Shown: one piece after another, positions 29,738-40,000 of the stretch
Layout: each line of letters starts with the position of its first letter
Numbering within the stretch: position 1 is the stretch's first letter
Source of the DNA: Turneriella sp.
Lineage (GTDB): Bacteria > Spirochaetota > Leptospiria > Turneriellales > Turneriellaceae
Assembly (NCBI GenBank): GCA_965279515.1
Contig: CBDIID010000003.1
Coordinates: 960,001 to 1,024,000 of the forward strand
Direction of reading: 5' to 3'
DNA length: 64,000 nt
Made by a program: the position numbers and the translations under genes
The notes under the pieces: generated by a model
What the model was told of the DNA's origin: nothing
Databases searched by the model: none
What the model saw: the letters and a program-made list of their open reading frames with translations, nothing else

Positions 29738-30511
29738 TTATCCGCCAAAGCTCCAGGTAAAAAGAACGAAGTCAAACTTCACGCCCCGCTCGGTGAGCGG
29801 CACATAATCATAACGGGCATCGAGGCGGTATGCCTGGCGCAGGTTTTCCAACCCCTGCCTGCCCATATAACGTGAGGTAGCGGCTTCAGAAACGTTGAAA
29901 CTCCATAAAATCAGCGCGGGTAACTGGAAGTTCAGCGCGGCCGTATTTAAGTCGTCGCTATTCGCAGCGCTCTTGGCCGCCTGAATAAAGAGAATATAGA
30001 AAGCCCAGAATGCAGTTCCATAGAGCAGGCTCGTCGTGTACTGGCGGTTGTAGATCTGGCCCCAGCCAGGCACAGCCATCGAGCGGTAGGTGGCACCAGT
30101 TACCGTTTTTTCATAGTCTTCCATGAATTTGGGCAGATCGACATAATCCATCTGCATCGTGACGCTCATGTTGACGCGAATCGGTTCACCTACAGGGCGG
30201 GAAAATTTGTACTTCAATACCTGCAGGTCGGTGACCTGCAGGTGCGCTTCTTTTCTGACCCAGGTTTCTTTAAGCACGAAATCCTGTGTTTCGCTGCGGC
30301 CGATGATTTCGGATTCTCCGAGGCTTTGCCCCGTCTTCATCGCCGCTTCGACGGCATTATTAAAGGCTTCAACAGGATCTTCTTTTAAACTTTCGCCGAC
30401 CGCATCCTCTTCGGAAATTTTGATCTTAAAGCTATTGGTATATTCACCGGCAGCGATGGGAATCACCGCCATAAATGCAGCACACAAAAGTGTATTTTTC
30501 AGGAATGCCAT
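29738..30511 (-). CDS. Exported protein with FlgT-N/LPP20-like domain and DUF5683-like GWGQ motif (paralogue 1)
   Basis: Signal peptide; RSMAVPGWGQIYN followed by hydrophobic segments; C-terminal strand FVLFTWSF. Confidence 0.6.
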   Translation of the reverse strand: MAFLKNTLLCAAFMAVIPIAAGEYTNSFKIKISEEDAVGESLKEDPVEAFNNAVEAAMKTGQSLGESEIIGRSETQDFVLKETWVRKEAHLQVTDLQVLKYKFSRPVGEPIRVNMSVTMQMDYVDLPKFMEDYEKTVTGATYRSMAVPGWGQIYNRQYTTSLLYGTAFWAFYILFIQAAKSAANSDDLNTAALNFQLPALILWSFNVSEAATSRYMGRQGLENLRQAYRLDARYDYVPLTERGVKFDFVLFTWSFGG

Positions 30512-30512
30512 A

Positions 30513-31112
30513 TTATTTCCACTCCACGGGGGCCCACATGTAACCAGCGCGGTATTCAGTTTCCCAGTTCTGCTGACCCGGATGCCCGATGAACACGACC
30601 GAAGATGTTAGCCCCCAAAGCTCAACACCCATTTGCCCATACACACCCCAGCGGTCATAATAGGTTTGATTATAACGTAAATTCACGCCTAAACCAAAGT
30701 GCATTTTCAGATAAAACGGCGTATATGTGCGGAACATGATACCGGGATAGCTGGAGTAGATCCACTGCTTATCACCGGGGTAAGTCTTGCCGGGATTATA
30801 CTGTGGTGAAATGTCAAAGTCAATGTAGTAGTAAAAAAATTTATGGCCAATCCATTGCTCGTCGAGTTTCGAATTCACCAGCAGGCCAACACCACCGCCG
30901 ACCTGGTTGAAAAAGCCCGCATCAGCTTGCCTGTCGAGGCCGCGCGACGATTTGTTGGCATAAAACCAGGGAATCACCTTTGCCGGTTCGTGATGAAACT
31001 CGGTTGAGCGCATGTTCTCGCGCGCAGGTTTTACTTGTGGCCCCCGCGAACGGCAATGCGCCGCAAGTACGCATGCCAAAGACAATAATATGTATATCCG
31101 CAACCTGTTCAT
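30513..31112 (-). CDS. Putative lipoprotein with small beta-barrel-like aromatic domain
   Basis: LACVLAAHC lipobox-like; amphipathic strands ending ETEYRAGYMW. Confidence 0.6.
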   Translation of the reverse strand: MNRLRIYILLSLACVLAAHCRSRGPQVKPARENMRSTEFHHEPAKVIPWFYANKSSRGLDRQADAGFFNQVGGGVGLLVNSKLDEQWIGHKFFYYYIDFDISPQYNPGKTYPGDKQWIYSSYPGIMFRTYTPFYLKMHFGLGVNLRYNQTYYDRWGVYGQMGVELWGLTSSVVFIGHPGQQNWETEYRAGYMWAPVEWK

Positions 31113-31618
31113 ATATTTAATAACCGGAATGCATATTTGAAGCCGACAGCGACCGAAGTTCCCGTCGGATACCGGTAATCCCCGGCATTATTGTCCATGT
31201 AGCGGAAGGTGTAAAAGATACGCCAATTGTCGGAAAAAAAGAAATCCATACCGACGGCAAAATGGTACGCATAAGTTTTAGGTAGCCATGGCATAATGCC
31301 GCCACCCACGAAGACACTCATTTTATCCGTACGAATAAAATGGAAATAACCGGAGAATGCCACAAAGAACAGGCGGTAGTTACTGCCGAGATAGTTTTCC
31401 TGATCCGTTTTGCCGGTAAACACCTGCGGGGAAATAAAACCTTCAATTTCTGCATCAAAGCGCTTGTTAGAGGTAAAAAACCCAAAGCCGAGAAAGTTCG
31501 TCTCCTTTGAGTTCATATACTCGACCTTTGCCCCGCCAAATTCTACTGCATTTGTAACGGTGGTTAAGCCTGCAAGAAGCAAAGCGAGAAGGGATATTTT
31601 TTTCATCAGCCGCAGCAT
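31109..31618 (-). CDS. Small outer-membrane beta-barrel protein (about 8 strands)
   Basis: Signal KKISLLALLLAGLTTVTNA; strands ending SVAVGFKYAF. Confidence 0.7.
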   Translation of the reverse strand: MLRLMKKISLLALLLAGLTTVTNAVEFGGAKVEYMNSKETNFLGFGFFTSNKRFDAEIEGFISPQVFTGKTDQENYLGSNYRLFFVAFSGYFHFIRTDKMSVFVGGGIMPWLPKTYAYHFAVGMDFFFSDNWRIFYTFRYMDNNAGDYRYPTGTSVAVGFKYAFRLLNI

Positions 31619-33363
31619 TACTTGAGCTCCTCTAAAAGAGCCTTATGCTCTTTTTCAAAACGGCCGGTCGCTTTTCTGATAAAGTCCATTTCGTCCGCAT
31701 CACTGCCAATGATTTCGGTTTGCGCCGAGAGGCCCGAGTCACCCTTCTTATAATACAGCGTAAAGAGTTTCAGCTCGCCGCGGTTGCTGTCGACAAACAG
31801 CTTGCTGAACACAATCAGGTCGGCTCCCAGTGCTTGCTGAATGCGCTTGAGGTAAGCGCTCTCCAGCTCACCCGGATTTTGTTTCGGCGCAGCAACGAGC
31901 TTGTTGGCGTTGATCAGACGGCCGGCGCCGCCCTTGCCGACTTCGATCAGGTAGTTGCCGCGTAGTTTTTCCTTGATCGAATAATTCTTGGTGCGGCCGG
32001 CGACAACCTCAAGGCTCACAGGAAAAACTGCCACGATGTATTTACCGACAGCAAAAGGTTTCGGCGGCGTGGGTTTTTGACCGGGTTTCAGTGGTTTAAC
32101 CGGCGTCGTTGGCACAGGTTGCTCTGATTCGGGGGCGACCTCAGGCTTCACAGCGCTTTGTTCCGCCGCGGCAATGGCAGCATCGTAATTGGCCTGGTCG
32201 GGGGTCAGTACCGTCACTGTATCAGCAATGATCTCGCGCGGCGACAGTTCACGGGCAAAACGATAGCGGTGCGCATAACGCTCGGTAAAACGGACCGGCG
32301 TTGGGCGGCCCCGGTCCATATCGATGGTCTCGAAGGAGTGATGGAATGCGAAACGGTGGTACGTGACCGAAGGACGGTCGAAATTCACACCTAGACCATC
32401 CGGGAACTCTTTCGCCGCTGCGTATTCAAAAGAGAGTTTGGAGCCCTGCACGGTTTCACCGAAACCAACACCCCAGTGGATGGACTTGAAATTATCTGAC
32501 CCCATGGACTGGGTAAAACCGCCGCGCACCGCGAGAAAGTGCGCCAGCCAGTACTCAAAACCATAACGCATGCGCGTCGGTACGTTCATGGCGTTAACGG
32601 CATCGACATTAAACATGACTTTGTAAGGGAATTGAAGACTCACACCCGCATTGTATTCTTCACGGTTGTCGCCGCGGCTCACTTCATTATCCAACTTCAT
32701 GAGCGGATGCAGGTTGCGTGCAGTAAAACCTGCCGACATGCGGGGCAGCCAGCGTAGCGCGTCGCTGTAGTGAGAAGGGTCAAATGTGCCCAGGAGCCCC
32801 AAGTCGATGAACAGACCTTTTTGCTGCTGCGGATACACAGCGCCCTGCGGTGAATCCTGAAAATTAGCGCCGAACCATTTGACGTTGATACCTGCATTGA
32901 TCTTGCGGATCCATACGGGGGCACCATAAGACAGCCCGGCGATGTAGGAATATTTATTGCGATCGGGCAGCGTGTTGACGCCCTTCTCGGTGTATTCGTT
33001 GTCCTGCGCCCTGTTAAAAACGCCGGTTAAACCCAGACTACCATAAGGCAGTGGAATCGACATCAGTAACGAATGACCCGCGACGTCGTTGGCCGCGCCG
33101 TGGTATGACAAGCCGTACTCCACGTAGTTAATGACTGCAAGCCCGGCAGGATTGTAATAAAGCGCCGAAAGATCGTTGGAATTACCGGTCTGGGCCATGC
33201 CCATACCGTAGGAGCGTACGCCCAGTGGCGTATTGAGCGCAGTTGCTGCCGAAAGCGCCGATACAGAAGCACCATCGGCCTTCGCCGCCGTCAGTACGGA
33301 CAACGGCAACAGGAATAAAAACGCCACCGCAAGAAGAGTTACTGTTTTTTGCGCGTACTTCAC
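31618..33363 (-). CDS. PorV/PorQ-FadL (UPF0164)-like barrel fused via Pro-rich linker to a CsgG/TolB-N-like domain
   Basis: GVRSYGMGMAQTG..DLSALYYNPAGLA hallmark, DLGLL, RYGFEYW..LAVRGG; linker PTTPVKPLKP; C-terminal VAVFP...LGADLIVFSKL; start at GTG 33363 inferred. Confidence 0.72.
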   Translation of the reverse strand: MKYAQKTVTLLAVAFLFLLPLSVLTAAKADGASVSALSAATALNTPLGVRSYGMGMAQTGNSNDLSALYYNPAGLAVINYVEYGLSYHGAANDVAGHSLLMSIPLPYGSLGLTGVFNRAQDNEYTEKGVNTLPDRNKYSYIAGLSYGAPVWIRKINAGINVKWFGANFQDSPQGAVYPQQQKGLFIDLGLLGTFDPSHYSDALRWLPRMSAGFTARNLHPLMKLDNEVSRGDNREEYNAGVSLQFPYKVMFNVDAVNAMNVPTRMRYGFEYWLAHFLAVRGGFTQSMGSDNFKSIHWGVGFGETVQGSKLSFEYAAAKEFPDGLGVNFDRPSVTYHRFAFHHSFETIDMDRGRPTPVRFTERYAHRYRFARELSPREIIADTVTVLTPDQANYDAAIAAAEQSAVKPEVAPESEQPVPTTPVKPLKPGQKPTPPKPFAVGKYIVAVFPVSLEVVAGRTKNYSIKEKLRGNYLIEVGKGGAGRLINANKLVAAPKQNPGELESAYLKRIQQALGADLIVFSKLFVDSNRGELKLFTLYYKKGDSGLSAQTEIIGSDADEMDFIRKATGRFEKEHKALLEELK

Positions 33364-33503
33364 GATAGCAGTTTGCCCAAGCCGACAGCTTATGGCCAGT
33401 GACGAACTCGTCAATCAAAAAGACGCGACTACGCTGCGTTCCGGACATTTTTTTATTTTTTCATTGTGCTTTACTGCGCGCGTCGGCATGGCTCACTGCC
33501 TGA

Positions 33504-34634
33504 GTGCAAATCCTGCGCGCCATTGCGGGAAAATTTTTCGCCTTCTTTATAATAGCCCTCGCTGCGGGACATCCGACTTTTGCTCTCTACCAGGAATACC
33601 AATTGGCGGGCAGTATCGCCTCGGGGGGCGGTTATAGTTTTGGGACTGGGCAATACCGCCTATATGCAAACCAGGCTTTGCTGAAAAAAGATTTTTTGGG
33701 ATTCGAATACGATCTCGATAGCTTCTATGCCGATTATGGTTATGCGATCGCCGATTCTTTTCGCGTCGGCGTCAGCGGCAAGGCGCATATCTTCGACTAC
33801 CAGAATCTCAACCACATTGTCGACCCCGCGACGGGCGAAGAGCTCAAGGCGGTTTCGCTGAACTCGCCTTTTTACCGCGGCCAGGGTTATGCCGAGGCGC
33901 GCTACAAAAACCTCGCACTGCGCTACTCGGCAGGCGCGCAAAAATATCTGCTCGCCAAACGCGAGACAGCAAACAACACGCTGACCGTAGAGGCACCGGG
34001 CGCGATGTTTGTCCACAATGCGGCCCTGGGTTATTGGGATATCCAGCAGATCAAGCCGTATGCTTTCACGGGCATGGCGGCATACCTGAGCGTCGAGGAG
34101 CACCGCCTTTCTTCTTTATATGTCTGGCAGTCTGCCGGTACGAACTTGTCGGCGTCGCGCTCACAGGTGACCACACACGAGCTGCATGTCCGCGCCGGTA
34201 CACAGCTCGATGGCGATAGCGTTAAACTCATGGCTGCCATACGCGCAGGCGCGACGAATTTTGCCCTGCCCGGTGAAGCGCCGGATGTCATCGAATCGTT
34301 TTCGATCGGCGGCCCGGAGAACCGATACCGCCGTGTCGCAGGTTATGCGTTTTCCGAATTCCGTGTGCCGGCATTCGGCATTGTGAACCTCGACGCGATA
34401 ATCCGCATGGGCGGACCCGTCCATCTCTGGCTCGTCGCCGATGCTGCGCTCTTCGACCGCGAATACAATGCGCGGCGTTTCCATGCCGGTGCCGGTGCCG
34501 GCCTCATTGTCGATTTGCCCGACGGCATGCTCGGCGGCCGCAGCGCTTTTTTCTCACGCATCGAAATGCCCTTCTTTGCCGCAGGCAGCGGGCGTTTCCA
34601 GATTTTTCTTGGGCTGAACGGACAGATATTCTGA
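33504..34634 (+). CDS. Predicted outer-membrane beta-barrel, Omp85-like C-terminus, no POTRA domains
   Basis: Signal peptide; FSIGG..RRVAGY resembles the Omp85 loop-6 VRGY motif; HAGAGAGL; terminal FLGLNGQIF. Confidence 0.6.
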   Translation: MQILRAIAGKFFAFFIIALAAGHPTFALYQEYQLAGSIASGGGYSFGTGQYRLYANQALLKKDFLGFEYDLDSFYADYGYAIADSFRVGVSGKAHIFDYQNLNHIVDPATGEELKAVSLNSPFYRGQGYAEARYKNLALRYSAGAQKYLLAKRETANNTLTVEAPGAMFVHNAALGYWDIQQIKPYAFTGMAAYLSVEEHRLSSLYVWQSAGTNLSASRSQVTTHELHVRAGTQLDGDSVKLMAAIRAGATNFALPGEAPDVIESFSIGGPENRYRRVAGYAFSEFRVPAFGIVNLDAIIRMGGPVHLWLVADAALFDREYNARRFHAGAGAGLIVDLPDGMLGGRSAFFSRIEMPFFAAGSGRFQIFLGLNGQIF

Positions 34635-34635
34635 T

Positions 34636-35712
34636 ATGATCGATAAACAAATACGGACAATTCTCGACGCCACTCTCGGCGGCCGGCGCATGACACCCGA
34701 AGAGGCGCTCTACCTCTGGCGCCACGGGGATTTCAAAGATTTAGGCAATGCGGCGCATGAAGTGCGCAACCGCATCAATCCACCTGCCGAGGTTTCTTAC
34801 ACCGCATTCCGCGTTGTCAACTACACGAACTACTGCAACGTCGAATGCAGCTTCTGCTCCTTTATGGATGAAGTGGGTTCGGGAAAGGGTTATAACCTGG
34901 ACATCGAGACGATCCTGAATAAAGTCGAAGAAGCCATCAGGCTCGATTCGCCCCAGCTTTTTCTACAGGGCGGAGTGAACCCTGAGCTGCCGATGGCCTA
35001 CTACACAGACACGCTCCGGGCGGTGCGCGAAAAATTTCCGCAGGTGCATATCCGCGCTTTTTCACCGGTGGAAGTCCTCTTTATGGAGTCGCTGACGCAG
35101 CAGCCGCTGCGCGACGTTTTTAAGCAGCTCAAGGCCGCGGGCATGCACAGCTTCCCGGGGGCCGGCGCCGAAATACTCACCGACCGTATGCGCGACATTC
35201 TTTCCCCGAAGAAGGCCTCGACCAGCGAGTGGCTGCGCGCGATGCAGACAGCCGAAGAATCGGGGCTGAAGAGCTCGACGAATATTGTCTGGGGCAGCGA
35301 AGAGCATGACGATGAGATCATTGAACATCTCGCGCACCTGCGGACTCTGCAGGATAAAACCGGCGGGGTACTGTCGTTTGTGCCCTGGACTTTCCAGGCG
35401 CAGACCAAAGGCTTCAAACTGCGCAAAGTGCCGCCGCATGAGTACCTGAAGATGGTCGCGCTGTCGCGCCTGTTCTTTGACAATATCCCACACATTGAAG
35501 TGTCGATCATGGTTGCCGGCAAGCAACTGGGCGAACTCGCCCTCCACTTCGGCGCAGATGATATCAACTCACCGGTCATCGAAGAAAATGTGCTGCGCTC
35601 GTTCGGCCTGAAAAGCACTGCAGAATCCAAACAATTTATTGAAGAGGCCGGCTTCACACCGATTCGGCGCAGCTTTAGTTATGTTCGCGGCCAGGCCTCA
35701 GACATGGGGTAA
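34636..35712 (+). CDS. mqnC: Radical SAM enzyme, cyclic dehypoxanthinyl futalosine synthase (CofH/MqnC family)
   Basis: NYTNYCNVECSFC, LQGG.NP, PGAGAEIL, FVPWTFQ, EENV. Confidence 0.78.
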   Translation: MIDKQIRTILDATLGGRRMTPEEALYLWRHGDFKDLGNAAHEVRNRINPPAEVSYTAFRVVNYTNYCNVECSFCSFMDEVGSGKGYNLDIETILNKVEEAIRLDSPQLFLQGGVNPELPMAYYTDTLRAVREKFPQVHIRAFSPVEVLFMESLTQQPLRDVFKQLKAAGMHSFPGAGAEILTDRMRDILSPKKASTSEWLRAMQTAEESGLKSSTNIVWGSEEHDDEIIEHLAHLRTLQDKTGGVLSFVPWTFQAQTKGFKLRKVPPHEYLKMVALSRLFFDNIPHIEVSIMVAGKQLGELALHFGADDINSPVIEENVLRSFGLKSTAESKQFIEEAGFTPIRRSFSYVRGQASDMG

Positions 35713-35830
35713 ATCCCCACTATTGGGGATATGCGGCATTTTGCCGTACAGAATTTAGAAAAACACATTTACAGTAGGAATATACCGGTCCAGAGTTGCG
35801 GCCGGTGCTTGGACAACACCACAACATCAT

Positions 35831-37006
35831 ATGACAATATTTAAATACACGATTGCGTTATGGATTATTTCTTTATTGCCGGGGCTCGCCGCCGACGGTC
35901 GTTTTGTTTCCATGCACGGCAAAGTGCAGGTATTCGAAAAGGGCCGCTGGGCGAAGGCCGAGCTCACCAGCAAGATCACCGAGCAGTCGAGCGTCCAGGT
36001 GGGTTACCGCAGTGGTGCAATCGTTGGCCTTCAGGATGGTAGCCAGATTGCGATGAAGCCGAACAGCGTGGTGAGCTTCAATTATCTCGGTACAGACATC
36101 AACAAACCCAAATCGGAGATTTTCGTCGTGCAGGGTGGTTTAAGTGCCTTCGTAAAAAAACCCGAGGGGAATGCAAAGCATGTCTTCCATATACGCACAC
36201 CGAGCATGATCGTCGGCGTGCGCGGCTCGTTCATGGAACTCTCCAAAAACGGCGAACAGCACCATGTGACGGCAGTGCAATCACCAGCGTTTATAAAGAA
36301 CGATCCGACCGCGGCGACAACGCGCGAACGCCTGCAGAAGGCATTTGCTGTTTTAGAGCGCGCCTACCTTATGGACCGCGATGAAAAATTGCGTGTCGAA
36401 CGGCGCATTCGTGAAGCCAAGGTTGCTGAAGATGCCGAGGCGCTGCGCACCGTTGTAAATCCAACTCTGGCGACGCCGGAGATTAAAGAAGGTATCAGGG
36501 AAATCAACAACCATAAAATCTTAACAAAAGAACTGCTGATTCGGCAGAAGCAGATCTATTCGACAGATGCTTCCGATCGCCGGGAAATCATCAAGGTACT
36601 ATTTTCTGTGCGGGCTCTCACCTTGTTGCAGCTGGCATGGGCTGAAGCTGCATACAGGGCCGAACTCGACGCCTATCTCATCGCGCAAAAGACACAGGAA
36701 AAGAAAAAACAGGATACGGAAGAAGACGACGAACAATTTTTGAATACCATCGGCCTGACAATGATTCCCCAGGGCGATTCCGCTTCGGCCTCGGGCGATA
36801 TCAAAGGGCCCCTCTTTCAAAGAACCTTCGATTCACGCGCCGAGCGCAACTATTCGTCGGGCAGCTCGTCTGCTGAGAGCAGCTTTCTGGGCGGCAACAC
36901 CGACTCGCAGGCCGGTTTCGGCAACGATGTACAGGGCCTCTATAATTCCATCAACTCAGTCACACAACCGTCAGACGTCGGCGGACCTACCTTACAGAAA
37001 TTCTAA
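35831..37006 (+). CDS. Exported FecR-domain protein with long helical insertion
   Basis: Signal peptide; DGSQIAMKPNS, QGGLSAFVKK, FHIRTPSMIVGVRGS; charged helical middle. Confidence 0.75.
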   Translation: MTIFKYTIALWIISLLPGLAADGRFVSMHGKVQVFEKGRWAKAELTSKITEQSSVQVGYRSGAIVGLQDGSQIAMKPNSVVSFNYLGTDINKPKSEIFVVQGGLSAFVKKPEGNAKHVFHIRTPSMIVGVRGSFMELSKNGEQHHVTAVQSPAFIKNDPTAATTRERLQKAFAVLERAYLMDRDEKLRVERRIREAKVAEDAEALRTVVNPTLATPEIKEGIREINNHKILTKELLIRQKQIYSTDASDRREIIKVLFSVRALTLLQLAWAEAAYRAELDAYLIAQKTQEKKKQDTEEDDEQFLNTIGLTMIPQGDSASASGDIKGPLFQRTFDSRAERNYSSGSSSAESSFLGGNTDSQAGFGNDVQGLYNSINSVTQPSDVGGPTLQKF

Positions 37007-37051
37007 CATGGAAGACCGTCAGTTAAAAGCGAGATTTCATGGGAGAATTCA

Positions 37052-40000
37052 ATGCGTAGAATAATATTCTTTATCACTCTTGCAACGGTCGTTCTGGCAT
37101 GCGCCAAAAAAACTGTTCCCGGGTCGTCGCTGCGGGGGCTCGCCAAGCTCCAGTTAAACGGCGGCGCGGCCATCTCGCAGCCGGTTTCCGACGAATATAG
37201 TCCATACGTACTGCAGATGGGGGACAATTACCTCATGTTAGTGTTTGGTTCGAACCGGAGCTGCGGCAGCTGCAGCGGGCATAACCTTTTTGTGTCCCGC
37301 TCTGTTTCGCCGTACGCGAACGATAAGGTCTTTCCGGCATTCGAGTCGCCTGCTATCCTCACTATCTCGGCAGCGCCGCTCAATTTTAGCAACCGGATTA
37401 ACTTCGCTGTCGCAGCAGCCGGCAATAACCTGCGCATCTATCTCACAAATGCCGGCGGTGTGATTCAGGTGACACCCAACATTCCGCCCAATGCGCCCTA
37501 TGATACAACGCTTTTGACAATACCGAATACCGCCGGGCAGACCGCAACAGTCGTCGGTGTGGAGTTTGCCAACACTAAACTCTATGCACGGCAGAACGGA
37601 ACAGTTTACTCTTTCGAGCCGACTGTTGCCGCTGGGCCACTCACTGCAATGGCAACGGGCCAGACAGCCACCTCAGTGGCCAGCGTCGACGGCGCGTATA
37701 CATCCCGCTATGATGGTTTCTTTTCACTCATCGACGGCACAATCACTAGCATGTCGCTCTACGGCAATGGTGGTAATTTGGTGTCGGTAAATACCGCTGT
37801 GGCGAAAGCGCGCCTGAGCGCCCGACACGTCAGCGTTATGAATGGCGGAGGGTTTGGCGGCGCCTTAATGTTTGTTTCAGGCCAGGAAGCCGGCGAGACG
37901 AGTGAAGATATGTATGTCGTGGATGGTCTGACTGTCTACCAGATGTGGCAGGAGATAAATCCCAAGCCGCCGGGAGCCCCGGACGGTGGTTCAACTCCGG
38001 TCGCAACCGCAACGGCCGACCCTGCCTTTTCTCCCGTGGCTGGGCACTATGGTATGCCCATATCTGTCACGATGACTTCGACAACGACAGGCGCAACGAT
38101 ATGCTACACGACCGATGGAGTAACTGACCCGGCGTGCAGCGCAACGGCAACTTGTATAACGAGTAGCACTTACTCCACTCCGGTTTCTGTGACTTATACG
38201 ACGGCAAATTTCAGGACGCGTGCCTGTAAGGTTGGCCTGACAGATTCGGCGGTGATCTCTGCAACGCATGTTTCAGACGGCACGCAGCCAAGCACACCGG
38301 GTTCACCGGTCGCCGATGGCACCACCTCTTCGCAGGTACAACTCAGCTGGACTGCCTCAACCGACGCCGCAACCCCGCAACCACAACTGGTTTATGAAAT
38401 CTGCCAGACAACGATCAACAACGGCTGTAACACATTCACAGCGACCTTCACAAGCTCTGCCGGGGCGACTTCGTATAACTCGAATGGATTATCTGCTTCG
38501 ACCACGTATTATTACCGCATCCGCTCGCGCGATTTGGCAGGTAACACCAGCGGTTATACCGGTCAGTTAACAGCAGCAACCCTTACCGCTCCGACGGTCA
38601 ATACGCCGACCTTCAATCCGGTTGCAGGCACTTACAATGCAACCCAGAATGTCACGATCAGTACGACCACGGGCTCTGCGCTTCTATGCTACACGACCGA
38701 CGGCAGCACTCCTGCTTGCAACGCCACACCGACGTGTACAACCGGAACCACATATAGCAGCGCCGTAAATATCGCCGCGACGGCTACACTCCGCGCAATC
38801 GGCTGCCGCAATGGTTATACGAATTCATCGGTTACGGCGGGAGGGTATACAATCGACACTACGGCGCCTGTCATTACCGGCACCGCCCCCATAACGGGTG
38901 CGACAGTTTCGAATACGCAGGTCAGCTATTCCGTGGACGAAACTTGCGCCTCAGGAAACATAACATGGACGTGGACAGGGGGTACGCCGGATGGTGGCCC
39001 GCATATCAGATCTTTAGTCGGGGGTGAGCTAACCTCAGGCAGTCACAACAGTATTACCCTGACAAACAATCCCACATTGGTTTCCGGGGCAGTATATTCA
39101 GTTTCTTTTAACTGTACGGACGCAGCCGGGAACGCCGCTACGACGGTCACCAGTACAAACGTGACTCATTCGGCTTCTGGTGGTACGACATGGACGGGAC
39201 GAACCATGCCTAGTGCTGCCGATTGGCGTTCGGTCACTTATGGGAATGGAGTATTCGTGTCCGTTGCCGCTGGCACAAGTACCAAAGCCGCAACCTCGCC
39301 AGATGGCATAACCTGGACAGCAAGAACTCTACCCGGTGCCGCGAATGAATGGTATTCCGTCACGTACGGAAACGGCGTCTTCGTTGCGATAACGCAAGGT
39401 AGTACTGCAGCCGCGACATCGCCTGACGGTATTACCTGGACGGCGCGCACTCTACCGAGCGCTGCTAATTGGATTTCAGTTACCTATGGAAACGGCGTTT
39501 TTGTCGTCGTCGCAAACAACAGCACCGCAGCGGCAACATCACCCAATGGCATTACCTGGACGGCGCGCACTCTGCCTGTCTCTACTCCATGGAGATCGGT
39601 GACTTACGGTAATGGAATGTTTGCCGCCGTTTCTGACGGGCCAAGCACAATTGCGGCAAGCTCCCCAGATGGAGTTACATGGACGCAGAGAACTTTGCCA
39701 AGTTCCCGACAATGGTACTCCGTAACATATGGGAACGGCGTTTTTGCGGCGATTGCCTTGTCGAGTAACTCGGCAGCCACGTCAACGGACGGCATTACTT
39801 GGGCTGCAAGGACTTTACCCAGCTCTACGACATGGTGTGCCGTAACTTACGGGAATGGCATCTTTGCGGCTGTAGCGCAAGCCACCACTACGGCGGCAAC
39901 CTCAACAGACGGAATCACCTGGACAGCCCGAACATTGCCAAGCTCTGCTTCATGGTCTTCGGTTGCTTATGGAAATGGCATGTTTGCCGCTGTGAGTATT

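Noticed and set aside
27054..33363. Calling the envelope operon a type IX secretion system
   Set aside because: Only a PorV-like signature is visible; no SprA, PorK/L/M/N or CTD-bearing cargo was recognised in the window
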